From the NCBI GenBank assembly GCA_965221955.1, contig CBDCTA010000022.1, positions 126,103 through 190,102 on the forward strand: DNA of 64,000 nt, read 5' to 3'. A program made the position numbers and the translations under genes. The DNA comes from Gammaproteobacteria bacterium. Its GTDB lineage: Bacteria > Pseudomonadota > Gammaproteobacteria > UBA4575. Positions 31,359 through 41,052 of this stretch are shown here, piece by piece (the stretch's first letter is position 1; every line of letters starts with the position of its first letter). Below the pieces are notes generated by a model that ran no database searches, was not told the DNA's origin, and was given only the letters and a program-made list of their open reading frames with translations.

Positions 31359-31628
31359 ATGTTTATTGCGGCAACTATTGCAATGATTATAGTCATGCTT
31401 TTAGTCCTCTTGCGTGCCTCTCTTGGACCTACTGTTTTTGATCGTATCTTGGCGATTAATACTTTTGGCACTGCCACAGTATTATTAATTGCAATATTTG
31501 GTTTTTTGACTGAGCGTCCAGATTTTATGGATATCGCACTTACTTATGCACTGATTAATTTTATTGCAACCATAGCGGTATTAAAGCTTTTCCGTTATGG
31601 TCATTTAGGTGAAAGTTTTGACGAGTAG
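31359..31628 (+). CDS. mrpF: Mrp/Mnh antiporter subunit F
   Basis: 89 aa with the MnhF signature ..LGPTVFDRILAINTFG.. Confidence 0.75.
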   Translation: MFIAATIAMIIVMLLVLLRASLGPTVFDRILAINTFGTATVLLIAIFGFLTERPDFMDIALTYALINFIATIAVLKLFRYGHLGESFDE

Positions 31629-31631
31629 CTT

Positions 31632-31928
31632 ATGTTGATTACATCATTAGGCTGGCTTTTTCTATCACTTGGCTGTTTTTTTTGTCTAGTTGGCTCAATT
31701 GGTTTAATACGCTTACCCGATTTTTATTCCAGAGTCCATGCAGCGGGGGTTGTGGATAGTCTAGGCGCTATCCTCATCTTAATTGGTTTAATAACTCAAA
31801 CCCAAGACTTCTTTGTTATCGTAAAGCTGTTATTTATTCTCTTGTTTATGATGTTAACGGGCCCAACTGCTGTGCATGCTCTTGCTCGTGCAGCAAACTT
31901 AAGGGACAAAGAAATTAAAACAGAATGA
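31632..31928 (+). CDS. mrpG: Mrp/Mnh antiporter subunit G
   Basis: 98 aa with the MnhG signature ..IGLIRLPDFYSRVHAAGVVDSLG.. Confidence 0.75.
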   Translation: MLITSLGWLFLSLGCFFCLVGSIGLIRLPDFYSRVHAAGVVDSLGAILILIGLITQTQDFFVIVKLLFILLFMMLTGPTAVHALARAANLRDKEIKTE

Positions 31929-31955
31929 ATAATTTTTTGGTGTTTATTTAATTCT

Positions 31956-32513
31956 ATGGATATTCAAACAATTGTTGATATTTCATTATTAACACTACTA
32001 GCAGTTACTGCAATTATCTTATTGCGTTTACATAATTTGCTCGCCGCTATACTTCTAAGTGGAATATACAGTCTTTTATCAGCGGGTTTGTTCGTAAGCT
32101 TAGATGCTGTTGACGTCGCTTTTACTGAGGCAGCTGTTGGTGCTGGGTTAACTACTGTTTTATTGCTAGGTGCAGTTGCTATTACTGGCAGAGATCAATC
32201 AGTAAAACGTCATAGTAGAGTTTTACCAATCGCGGTAACAGTGGTCACTGCAGCAGCGCTAATCTATGGAACACTTGATATGCCAAAATTTGGTGACCCG
32301 GAAGCACCAATACATACACATGTAGCACCACGCTATATCAATATGAGCGGTGAAGAGATTGGTATACCAAATATTGTTACTTCGGTACTCGCAAGCTATC
32401 GCGGTTACGATACTCTAGGGGAGGTAACCGTAGTATTCACTGCTGCAATTGGTGTGATGTTATTACTGAGCGGTATAAGAAAACAAAAAATTAAGCCGGA
32501 TAAAAATGAATAA
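31956..32513 (+). CDS. DUF4040/MnhB-related membrane subunit (MbhD/E-like, corresponds to the C-terminal part of MrpA)
   Basis: 185 aa. The N-terminal half is DUF4040-like (..VDVAFTEAAVGAGLTTVLLL..) and the C-terminal half carries SYRGYDTLGEVTVVF. Confidence 0.65.
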   Translation: MDIQTIVDISLLTLLAVTAIILLRLHNLLAAILLSGIYSLLSAGLFVSLDAVDVAFTEAAVGAGLTTVLLLGAVAITGRDQSVKRHSRVLPIAVTVVTAAALIYGTLDMPKFGDPEAPIHTHVAPRYINMSGEEIGIPNIVTSVLASYRGYDTLGEVTVVFTAAIGVMLLLSGIRKQKIKPDKNE

Positions 32514-32934
32514 TAAAAGAAGCTTAATTCTTCGCGAAGCATGCAATTTACTCATCCCTGCAGTTTTATTGTTTGCATTATACGTTCAATTCCATGGCGA
32601 CTATGGACCTGGAGGCGGTTTTCAAGCCGGTGTTATTTTTGCTGCAGGTGTTATTCTATATGCACTGGTACATGGAAGAAAAAAAGCTCAAAAAATTTTT
32701 CCCTCAAGCGTAGTACGTTATTTTATTTCCATTGGATTACTGCTTTATGCAGGAGTTGGTATTGTTTCAATATTCATGGGTGGAAACTATCTTGATTACG
32801 ATGTTCTTTCACATGATCCACTCCATGGTCAACATCTTGGAATATTTCTTATAGAACTGGGCGTGGGTATTACTGTTGCCGCAGTGATGATCATGATTTT
32901 TTATATGCTAGATGAATATGCTGAAAAATCATGA
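32506..32934 (+). CDS. mrpB: Mrp/Mnh antiporter subunit B
   Basis: 142 aa with the MnhB signature FHGDYGPGGGFQAGVIFA. Confidence 0.75.
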   Translation: MNNKRSLILREACNLLIPAVLLFALYVQFHGDYGPGGGFQAGVIFAAGVILYALVHGRKKAQKIFPSSVVRYFISIGLLLYAGVGIVSIFMGGNYLDYDVLSHDPLHGQHLGIFLIELGVGITVAAVMIMIFYMLDEYAEKS

Positions 32935-33308
32935 TTGCTGATTTTTATAATTATTGGGTCGCTATCATCTTAATGATGATTGGGTTTTATATCGTCATTT
33001 CTGATGCAAACCTAATTAAAAAGATAATTGGGCTGAGCATCTTCCAAACTTCAGTATTTATCTTATTCATTTCAATGAGCAAAGTAGAAGGTGGGACAGC
33101 TCCTATACTTGCAGAAGGCATAACCCTTTACTCAAATCCTCTACCACATGTGTTAATACTGACTGCTATTGTTGTTGGCGTAGCCACAACGGCTCTGGGT
33201 CTTGCCATCATTGCACGCATATATCGTGAATATGGCACCATCGATGAAAATATTATTCATGAGAAAGATGAAGAACACTATGAAGATAATGATGAGGCTG
33301 CTTTATAG
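32931..33308 (+). CDS. mrpC: Mrp/Mnh antiporter subunit C (NuoK-like)
   Basis: 125 aa, 3 TM, with an acidic C-terminal tail. Overlaps both neighbours. Confidence 0.7.
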   Translation: MIADFYNYWVAIILMMIGFYIVISDANLIKKIIGLSIFQTSVFILFISMSKVEGGTAPILAEGITLYSNPLPHVLILTAIVVGVATTALGLAIIARIYREYGTIDENIIHEKDEEHYEDNDEAAL

Positions 33309-34804
33309 TGCTATCTCAACATCTTGCAGTTTTACAGGTTGTAGTGCCATTAATCTCAGCACCATTATGTGCATTCCTGCCCTCAAGCAAGTTAGGAAGC
33401 AAAATGGCCTGGCTCTTTACAACCTTGGCGAGCCTTGCGACTTTTATCATTTCATTACTACTTGTAAATGAAGTCTCAAGAAACGGGGTTATAAGCTATG
33501 CGCTAGGGGGTTGGGCACCACCTTGGGGGATTGAATATCGCATTGATCATCTAAGTGCTTATGTACTTCTTATCGTTTCAGCCATTGCAAGTATTACCAT
33601 GCTTGCTGCACGAAAAAGTGTAGAGAAAGAAATTGCGCATGAAAAAATCAGTTTATTCTATTCCGCATTTTTACTTTGTCTAACCGGTTTATTAGGCATT
33701 GTAGCAACGGGTGATGCGTTTAATATATTTGTATTTTTAGAAATAAGTTCACTGTCTTCTTATGTACTGATAGCGTTAGGCAGCAACCGCAAAGCGCTAA
33801 CTGCCTCATATCAATATTTAATCATGGGCACCATTGGTGCAACCTTCATCTTAATCGGTGTCGGGTTGCTGTATATGTTGACCGGAACATTAAATATTGT
33901 TGATTTGCAGCAAAAAATTCCTGAATTACTTTCGTCAAGAGCACTGCATGCAGCATTTGCCTTTTTCACTGTAGGCATCTCACTCAAGTTAGCACTTTTA
34001 CCTCTGCATCTTTGGCTGCCTAATGCTTATGCCTACGCACCCTCTATGATCACGGTATTTTTGTCTGCGACCGCGACCAAAGTTTCTTTATATGTATTAT
34101 TTAGATTTTTCTTTGGCTTGTTTTCAAACGAAATCACTTTTGAACATTTTCATTTAGATAAAATTCTAATCCCTTTATCAATACTTGCCATTCTCATTGC
34201 ATCATCGGTTGCAATTTTTCAAGACAACATAAAGAGAATGTTTGCCTATTCTAGTGTTGCGCAAATAGGTTACATGACGCTTGGCATTGGCTTAGCCACA
34301 AAAAGTGGCAGCATTGCGGGAATGCTACATATGTTTAACCACGCAATTATTAAAGGCGGGATTTTTCTAGCTATGGCCTGCATCGTGTTACGCACTAGCT
34401 CCGTTCAATTAACTAACTTTGCTGGTTTAGGTAAACGCATGCCTTGGACGATGGCAGCCATATTATTATTGAGTCTTGGACTGATTGGTGTGCCTTTCAC
34501 AGCTGGCTTTATTAGCAAGTGGTATCTATTAATCGCAGCTTTAGAACAAAACAATTGGTTTGTCGCTGCAGTCATTGTCGGTGGTTCATTGTTAGCGATC
34601 ATTTATATCTGGAAAATCATCGAATATGCGTATTTAAGGACGCCAAGCAATGAAGCTGACAAAAATTCTACAGAACGTATAGAAGCACCACTACAAATGC
34701 TCATTCCACTTTGGTTATTGGTTGCAGCTAATTTTTATTTTGGCTTAAAAACCTCCTTTAGTTATGGTTTCGCCAGCACAGCTATTAATACTTTATTTAT
34801 ATAA
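33308..34804 (+). CDS. mrpD: Mrp subunit D-like proton-conducting antiporter subunit (NuoN/M-like), copy 1
   Basis: 498-aa polytopic protein with LPLHLWLPNAYAYAPSMITVFLSATATKVSLY. GTG start overlaps the mrpC stop. Confidence 0.75.
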   Translation: MLSQHLAVLQVVVPLISAPLCAFLPSSKLGSKMAWLFTTLASLATFIISLLLVNEVSRNGVISYALGGWAPPWGIEYRIDHLSAYVLLIVSAIASITMLAARKSVEKEIAHEKISLFYSAFLLCLTGLLGIVATGDAFNIFVFLEISSLSSYVLIALGSNRKALTASYQYLIMGTIGATFILIGVGLLYMLTGTLNIVDLQQKIPELLSSRALHAAFAFFTVGISLKLALLPLHLWLPNAYAYAPSMITVFLSATATKVSLYVLFRFFFGLFSNEITFEHFHLDKILIPLSILAILIASSVAIFQDNIKRMFAYSSVAQIGYMTLGIGLATKSGSIAGMLHMFNHAIIKGGIFLAMACIVLRTSSVQLTNFAGLGKRMPWTMAAILLLSLGLIGVPFTAGFISKWYLLIAALEQNNWFVAAVIVGGSLLAIIYIWKIIEYAYLRTPSNEADKNSTERIEAPLQMLIPLWLLVAANFYFGLKTSFSYGFASTAINTLFI

Positions 34805-34818
34805 ATACTAACTAATAG

Positions 34819-36294
34819 ATGAACCAATTTTTACAACATTTTGAATTTGCTGTTGTGATTCCATTGGTCGCAAGTTTGTTAATTCTGTTGTTTCGAAATC
34901 ATGAACAACTTCGAGAAGCTTCATCTTTATTAGTGGCTATAGGCTTATTTATTTTTACTGCACAATTTATAGGAACTGCACACTATGGTGTAACGCATAC
35001 TTTATTTACCATCACTCCCGGGCTTTCTCTTGCATTCCACATTGAGCCCCTAGGTTTGATGTTTGCTTTACTCGCATCTGGTTTATGGATTGTTACCACT
35101 ATTTACTCAATCGGCTACATGCGAGGTAACAAAGAAAAAAATCAAACTCGGTTTTATTTGTTTTTCGCATTCTCTATTGCTGCTACCATGGGCATTGCTT
35201 TCGCAGCCAATTTGGCTACCTTATTTATTTTTTACGAAGCGCTAACGCTTTGTACTTTTCCTCTCGTCACGCATAAACAAAATGCGGATGCCCAATCAGG
35301 TGGGCGCACCTATTTAGGCATTTTACTTGGAACTTCCATCGTATTTTTCCTTACTGCAATTGTAATTACTTGGTTACAAGCAAACAGTTTAGATTTTATC
35401 CCAGGCGGACTTCTACAAGGCAATATAGGAAAAACAGGTGCAGTAATTTTATTTACCCTATTTATGTTTGGCATTGGTAAGGCTGCACTAATGCCTTTTC
35501 ATCGTTGGTTACCTGCTGCCATGGTGGCCCCTACTCCTGTAAGCGCGTTACTGCATGCAGTTGCAGTAGTAAAAGCAGGTGTATTCTCGGTATTAAAAAT
35601 TAGTGTATATATTTTTGGTATAGATTTATTAGCGGATCAAAATGCATCGCAGTGGATTTTATGGGTTGCCGTAGCAACTATGCTAATCGCATCCATAATT
35701 GCTTTAAGCAAAGATAACTTTAAAGCACGACTTGCATACTCAACGATAAGTCAATTGTCTTACATTGTGATAGGCGCTACTTTAGCCAACCCAATCGCAG
35801 CATTGGGTGGCGCCATGCACATTGTTACGCATGCATTTGGAAAAATTACCTTATTCTTTTGCGCAGGCTCTGTGTATACCGCAACTAAGTGTACCCAAGT
35901 CAGTCAGCTAAATGGTTTGGGTAGAAAAATGCCTTTCACCTTTTCCGCTTATCTTATTGCAAGCATCAGCATCATCGGGTTGCCGCCATTAGTAGGTAGT
36001 TGGAGTAAATGGTTTTTAATTGAAGGCAGTTTAAGTGCAGAAAATTATATTGTATTGCTTGCGTTTGGTCTTAGCACACTACTTAACTGTGCTTACTTAT
36101 TACCTGTAGCGTTACGTGCATTCTTTAAAGCACCAAATGACGACATGAAAGACAAAATTGCTAGCTTCAAAGAGGCACCTTTTGCCTGCGTTGCACCTTT
36201 ATTCTTTACCGCACTTGCTACTTTAGTGATGTTCTTTTATATACAACCCCTCTATGATTTTTTAGCACCGGTATTTATACAAAGCAATGGATAA
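34819..36294 (+). CDS. NuoL/MrpA-core-like proton-conducting antiporter subunit, copy 2
   Basis: 491 aa with MPFHRWLPAAMVAPTPVSALLHAVAVVKAGVF, the canonical NuoL/MrpA/MrpD motif. Confidence 0.75.
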   Translation: MNQFLQHFEFAVVIPLVASLLILLFRNHEQLREASSLLVAIGLFIFTAQFIGTAHYGVTHTLFTITPGLSLAFHIEPLGLMFALLASGLWIVTTIYSIGYMRGNKEKNQTRFYLFFAFSIAATMGIAFAANLATLFIFYEALTLCTFPLVTHKQNADAQSGGRTYLGILLGTSIVFFLTAIVITWLQANSLDFIPGGLLQGNIGKTGAVILFTLFMFGIGKAALMPFHRWLPAAMVAPTPVSALLHAVAVVKAGVFSVLKISVYIFGIDLLADQNASQWILWVAVATMLIASIIALSKDNFKARLAYSTISQLSYIVIGATLANPIAALGGAMHIVTHAFGKITLFFCAGSVYTATKCTQVSQLNGLGRKMPFTFSAYLIASISIIGLPPLVGSWSKWFLIEGSLSAENYIVLLAFGLSTLLNCAYLLPVALRAFFKAPNDDMKDKIASFKEAPFACVAPLFFTALATLVMFFYIQPLYDFLAPVFIQSNG

Positions 36295-36532
36295 CAATAA
36301 AAAATACTGGCTAGACCAGCCCAAAAACATCAACAAGATTGTTTATGTTCTTTATGCAATTTGTGCGGCTTTGTTAGTCATAGAATTCTTTTACCATAAA
36401 CATACTCATTTTAACTTTGAAAATTGGTTCGGTTTTTATGCTTGGTTTGGTTTTATTGCCTACATTAGCATTGTCATGAGTGCAAAATTTTTACGTAAGC
36501 TGATTAAACGCAAGGAAGATTATTATGACTAA
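36287..36532 (+). CDS. small 2-TM membrane protein embedded in the mrp-like operon
   Basis: 81-aa ORF that overlaps both flanking antiporter-subunit genes by 8 nt each. Confidence 0.5.
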   Translation: MDNNKKYWLDQPKNINKIVYVLYAICAALLVIEFFYHKHTHFNFENWFGFYAWFGFIAYISIVMSAKFLRKLIKRKEDYYD

Positions 36533-38222
36533 TCTTCTTTTACATCCTGCGTTTATTTTAATCCTCGGAGGATTAATCCAAGTCGCCTTTCCCACACAAC
36601 TACGCAAAATATTTTTACTAGCACTCCCTGTGTTAGGTGTAACAGTATTGCTTAATTTAGATGCAGGCTTATACGGTAAGCTACAATTATTTAACTATGA
36701 ATTAACCCTGTTACGTTTAGACAAGCTAAGTTTTGTCTTTGCGCTCATCTTTCATATCGCGCTCTTTATTGTTGCCCTTTATGCATGGAAGGAAAAAGAT
36801 GTATTACAGCTTGCAAGTATGTTTGTGTATGCAGGGGCTGCAATTGGCGCAGTGTTAGCCGGTGACTTACTCACCTTATTTATTTTTTGGGAACTGACTG
36901 CAGTCTCATCTGCACTACTAATTTGGGCGAATAAAACCAAAGGTGCGATGCGGGCAGGCCAACGCTACTTCATTATCCATGTTGCTTCAGGTTTGTTTTT
37001 ATTAGCCGGAGCAATTCTCCATCATCACACTACGGGTTCATTGACATTTGATCACATCGGTATCGATACACTTTCAGGATGGTTGATCTTAATCGCTTTT
37101 GCGATCAAATGTGCTTTCCCTTTTCTACACAATTGGTTACAAGACTCTTACCCCGAAGCCAGTGTCGTCGGTACGGTTGCTTTATCCGTCTACACCACAA
37201 AGCTTGCAATCTACGCTTTAGCGCGTGGATATGCGGGAACCGAAATGTTGATCTGGATTGGAGCCTTGATGACCGCATTCCCAATCTTTTTTGCAGTGAT
37301 TGAAAATGATTTACGCCGCGTACTTTCGTATAGCTTAAACAATCAACTCGGCTTCATGGTAGTCGGCATCGGCGTGGGCACAGAGATGGCTTTGAATGGA
37401 ACTGCTGCACATGCATTTGCGCACATCTTGTATAAGGCGTTGTTATTCATGAGTATGGGTGCCGTGCTTTATCGTATCGGCACAACTAAAGCATCTGAAC
37501 TAGGCGGTTTATATAAATCCATGCCATGGACCGCAGGCTTTTGCATTATCGGTGCCATGTCCATCTCAGCTTTCCCATTACTAAGTGGCTTTGTCTCCAA
37601 AGCCATGATCCTCACTGCAGCTGCCGATGAAGGTCACTGGTTAATTTGGTTAGTGTTATTGTTTGCTTCAGCAGGTGTATTGGATCACTCAGGTATCAAA
37701 GTACCGTTCTTTAGCTTTTTCGCACACGATAGCGGTAAACGTTGTGCAGAAGCACCTACTAACATGTTGCTTGCAATGGGTATTGCAGCAGGTCTATGTA
37801 TTGTTATTGGTGTTTACCCAAGTTTGTTATACAACCTACTTCCACACACAGTTGATTTTATTCCTTACACCGCTTCACATGTGATTACGCAACTACAATT
37901 GCTATTGTTTTCAGCCTTAGCATTCACAGTGCTATATCGTAATAATTTATATCCGCCTGAAATCCGTGCGACTAATTTAGACTTTGACTGGTTCTACCGA
38001 AAACCGGGAGCTTATTTAGCAAGAGGTTTTGCTAACCTAATTGCGCATGGGGAAAAAGGCATCTTGTCTGGATTGAAAAAAATTCTATTTATTACTGGTA
38101 ACCGATTGCATCGACATCATGGACCACAAGGTATTCTTTCTCGTACATGGCCTACGGGTAGCATGGTAATGTGGGTAGCCTTCTTATTAGGCGCTTATTT
38201 GATTTTTTATTATATTTATTAG
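36525..38222 (+). CDS. NuoM/MrpD-like proton-conducting antiporter subunit, copy 3
   Basis: 565 aa with FPFLHNWLQDSYPEASVVGTVALSVYTTKLAIYAL. Last gene of the operon. Confidence 0.75.
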   Translation: MTNLLLHPAFILILGGLIQVAFPTQLRKIFLLALPVLGVTVLLNLDAGLYGKLQLFNYELTLLRLDKLSFVFALIFHIALFIVALYAWKEKDVLQLASMFVYAGAAIGAVLAGDLLTLFIFWELTAVSSALLIWANKTKGAMRAGQRYFIIHVASGLFLLAGAILHHHTTGSLTFDHIGIDTLSGWLILIAFAIKCAFPFLHNWLQDSYPEASVVGTVALSVYTTKLAIYALARGYAGTEMLIWIGALMTAFPIFFAVIENDLRRVLSYSLNNQLGFMVVGIGVGTEMALNGTAAHAFAHILYKALLFMSMGAVLYRIGTTKASELGGLYKSMPWTAGFCIIGAMSISAFPLLSGFVSKAMILTAAADEGHWLIWLVLLFASAGVLDHSGIKVPFFSFFAHDSGKRCAEAPTNMLLAMGIAAGLCIVIGVYPSLLYNLLPHTVDFIPYTASHVITQLQLLLFSALAFTVLYRNNLYPPEIRATNLDFDWFYRKPGAYLARGFANLIAHGEKGILSGLKKILFITGNRLHRHHGPQGILSRTWPTGSMVMWVAFLLGAYLIFYYIY

Positions 38223-38671
38223 TGAAACGTTTTTTTCTCGTCTTCTTGTAATTCTATTTTTTCTTCATCTGCAGGTACCAAAGCAGGTCTGAGTTCAGGC
38301 GATGCATGGTGCAGAATCATATGCCAACTATCATTTTTTAGACGATAGATATTCGTGGCAATGATCTCTGATTGCAGTTCGCCGCCCATATAAATCGACT
38401 CAATGACATGGTGAATTGCAAAATCCTTTTCTAGCAGTACTCTTTTTTGATTGATCTCAAATTTAATTCCATTTTCATGGCTAAATATTTGCTCCCAGCT
38501 TTCGCGCACGTTCAGCTGTCCTTCTAAACGTGTGCCACCAGGATGAATACAGGTAATATCTTGGTCTTTAGCCCAAACCGTCATCATCAGCTCTAAATCA
38601 GCCTGTTGAAAAGCTGCATAAAATGCTTTTTCAGCTTCATCTGATGTAGAAAAGGTATTTTTTTCTTGCAT
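38219..38671 (-). CDS. SnoaL-like / NTF2-fold (DUF4440-like) protein
   Basis: About 150 aa with F..AF...DLE.M..VWA.D.D..CIHPGG. I prefer the ATG at 38671. Its stop overlaps the stop of the last mrp gene. Confidence 0.55.
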   Translation of the reverse strand: MQEKNTFSTSDEAEKAFYAAFQQADLELMMTVWAKDQDITCIHPGGTRLEGQLNVRESWEQIFSHENGIKFEINQKRVLLEKDFAIHHVIESIYMGGELQSEIIATNIYRLKNDSWHMILHHASPELRPALVPADEEKIELQEDEKKTFH

Positions 38672-38726
38672 AGTAGTAAGAAGATTGATTATTAATAGTT
38701 TCAATTAGCAAACCACATAAACCAAT

Positions 38727-39065
38727 ATGTCTCAAGAAAAAAAGTTAGCTTGTTTAGATGAAATCAGTGATCCAGGTAGCAAAGGTATCAGTCTTGACCA
38801 CAAAGATACAAAACTTGAGCTGTTCATCATCAAAAAAGATTCTCAAATCTCAGTCTATAAAAATTCGTGCCCACATACTCAAGGACCTCTCGATTGGAGC
38901 CCTGATCAATTTTTAAACCTCGAGAATGATTACATTATGTGTGCAAATCATGGGGCGTTATTCGAAATCAATTCTGGTTTATGCGTATATGGGCCGTGTA
39001 AAAAGCAAAGTCTTGAAGCATTACCCTTCACTATAAAGAACAATATTATTTATTTGCGCGTCTAG
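38727..39065 (+). CDS. Rieske [2Fe-2S] domain protein
   Basis: 112 aa carrying both Rieske boxes, CPHTQGPL and CANHGALF. Confidence 0.8.
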   Translation: MSQEKKLACLDEISDPGSKGISLDHKDTKLELFIIKKDSQISVYKNSCPHTQGPLDWSPDQFLNLENDYIMCANHGALFEINSGLCVYGPCKKQSLEALPFTIKNNIIYLRV

Positions 39066-39082
39066 CTTAGTCACTACACTGA

Positions 39083-39991
39083 ATGCTATATCGATTTAAC
39101 CTTTTATTTCCTGTTTGGGCAATTTTGTTAAGCATCATTGCTTATTTTCTACCTACATATTTTATTCCCCTAAAACCCAGCATTATTTATTTACTCGCCA
39201 TCGTTATGCTAGGCATGGGTATTACCTTAAATGTAGATGACTTTAAAAAAATACTTTCACTTAAGACCGTTGTGGTTGTAGGCCTGATTTTACAATTCAG
39301 CGTTATGCCTTTCAGCGCATGGTTAATCAGTTTAAGCCTGGGCCTCTCTCTTCCTTTGCTGACTGGAATGCTTCTTGTGGGAACTTGTCCCAGCGGTACA
39401 GCCTCGAATGTGATTTGCTATTTGGCTAAAGGCAACGTTGCACTTTCTTTAGCATTAACCAGTTGCTCAACTTTATTAGCGGTCATTGCTACACCTTTGC
39501 TCACATGGCTATATCTAGGAGAAAGCGTGGAAGTGCCTGTGAGCAACATGATGATTACTATGCTAAAAGTGATCATCATCCCCGTTGCAGTTGGTGTACT
39601 GATTAATCATTCCTTACGCACAAAAATTAATGCTGTACTGAAAATATTTCCGAGTATTTCAATACTTAGTATTTGCTTAATCATTGCGATTATCATCGCG
39701 AGCAATCAAAGTAAACTTCAAAATTTAGCCATCATTGTGATCACTGCCGTTGTGCTGCATAACCTAGTTGGACTCATTGCAGGCTATACACTGAGTAAAT
39801 TACTTGGCTATGATCATAAAATCTCAAAAACACTTGCTATTGAGGTGGGAATGCAAAATTCTGGTCTGGCAGTGGCATTAGCCAGCCAATATTTTCAACC
39901 CATCGCTGCACTACCTGGTGCAGTTTTTTCAATCTGGCATAATCTATCCGGGTCGATCCTTGCTACAATGTGGTCAAAATCTAAACAATAA
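39083..39991 (+). CDS. bile acid:sodium symporter (BASS) family transporter
   Basis: 302 aa with about 9 TM segments and the motifs GTCPSGTASNV and EVGMQNSGLA typical of the family. Confidence 0.75.
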   Translation: MLYRFNLLFPVWAILLSIIAYFLPTYFIPLKPSIIYLLAIVMLGMGITLNVDDFKKILSLKTVVVVGLILQFSVMPFSAWLISLSLGLSLPLLTGMLLVGTCPSGTASNVICYLAKGNVALSLALTSCSTLLAVIATPLLTWLYLGESVEVPVSNMMITMLKVIIIPVAVGVLINHSLRTKINAVLKIFPSISILSICLIIAIIIASNQSKLQNLAIIVITAVVLHNLVGLIAGYTLSKLLGYDHKISKTLAIEVGMQNSGLAVALASQYFQPIAALPGAVFSIWHNLSGSILATMWSKSKQ

Positions 39992-40008
39992 GAAATAGGC
40001 TTGAAAAT

Positions 40009-40305
40009 ATGTCATTAAACACATCGATTTCTGTATTAAGTGCGCTCATTAGTTGGGCATTAGCGATCTTTTTAGGAATACAATTACTATCTGGCACCTT
40101 TGACGGACGTACATGTCAAACTTCGTGTGTGCAGACCGTGTTTTGGGTTTCTTTTGCAATCGCCTTGGTAGGCTTAGTTTTTAGTGTTGGAGGAATTTCT
40201 GTTGGCAAATCAAACTTACTCAAAACGCTTTCACTTTTAGCTTTAGTGGGTTTAGCAGGAATTTATATCACGACAATCTTGATTGGAAATTTTAATATTC
40301 TTTAA
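40009..40305 (+). CDS. hypothetical small membrane protein (3 TM)
   Basis: 98-aa hydrophobic ORF 17 nt after the BASS gene. Confidence 0.45.
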   Translation: MSLNTSISVLSALISWALAIFLGIQLLSGTFDGRTCQTSCVQTVFWVSFAIALVGLVFSVGGISVGKSNLLKTLSLLALVGLAGIYITTILIGNFNIL

Positions 40306-40415
40306 TGTAAAAAAGATTTAACACTTCGTAGTTAAATTTACATATAAAATTATAGATCTCTTTATTCTTACACATAAGTGTATATTCAATTTATTAATTA
40401 AAACGGGAGTGACTG

Positions 40416-40748
40416 ATGGCTGCAAAATTCGAATTATATAAAGACAAAAAAGGCGAATTTAGATTTAGACTAAAATCCAGCAATGGCGAAAATATTCTTG
40501 CAAGCGAGGGATATAAAGCCAAGACTAGTGCAAAAAATGGCATTGAGTCTGTCAAAAAGAATGCTAAAGATGCAAAACGCTTTGAAGTTAAGAAATCAAA
40601 AAGCGGAAAGCATATGTTTAATTTAAAGGCAGGAAATTCTCAGGTCATTGGCACATCACAAATGTACAAAACTGAAGCAGCTTGCAATAACGGGGTTAAG
40701 AGTGTGAAAACCAACGCGCCTAAAGCGAAAGTAGAAGATCTTTGTTAA
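40416..40748 (+). CDS. YegP family protein (two DUF1508 repeats)
   Basis: 110 aa with two repeats: FELYKDKKGEFRFRLKSSNGENILASEGY......NGIESVKKNA, and then HMFNLKAGNSQVIGTSQMY....ACNNGVKSVKTNA. Confidence 0.8.
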   Translation: MAAKFELYKDKKGEFRFRLKSSNGENILASEGYKAKTSAKNGIESVKKNAKDAKRFEVKKSKSGKHMFNLKAGNSQVIGTSQMYKTEAACNNGVKSVKTNAPKAKVEDLC

Positions 40749-40902
40749 TAGTTCACATTTCTGAATAAGAGCTACAACTAGAACAACTGTCATGGATGAC
40801 GGAAGTACTAGAAACGCAAGATTCAATTTCTAGCGAGTTGCAACAAATACAAAAATCAGTGGTTTGTTTGTGCAGGTTGGGAAGTTCAAATCAAGCATTC
40901 AT

Positions 40903-41026
40903 ATGTCCGCTTTCGATCCAAAGTGTGAGCCCATGGATGGGCGAATAAGATGTGCAACAAGGATGTTGCATCAGATTCAATATTCCTTTTAATAGAATAT
41001 TCGCTAACAACCCAAAGCAGACATTT
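40903..41026 (+). repeat. 124-bp element bounded by imperfect terminal inverted repeats (MITE/REP-like), copy A
   Basis: Ends are ATGTCCGCTTTCGATCC and AACCCAAAGCAGACATTT. Internal features are CCATGGATGGGCG and the hairpin TGCAACAaggaTGTTGCA. It ends 26 nt before the deiminase-like gene. Confidence 0.6.
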
Positions 41027-41052
41027 AGACCCCTTCTGCTTCAACAATAATA

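Noticed and set aside
30860-38222. Mrp-like operon as a CO2-hydration (DAB/Cup-like) or hydrogenase-linked complex
   Set aside because: No DabA-like, carbonic-anhydrase-like, NiFe-hydrogenase or Fe-S subunit genes are present in or beside the operon, so only the generic antiporter-module call is supported.
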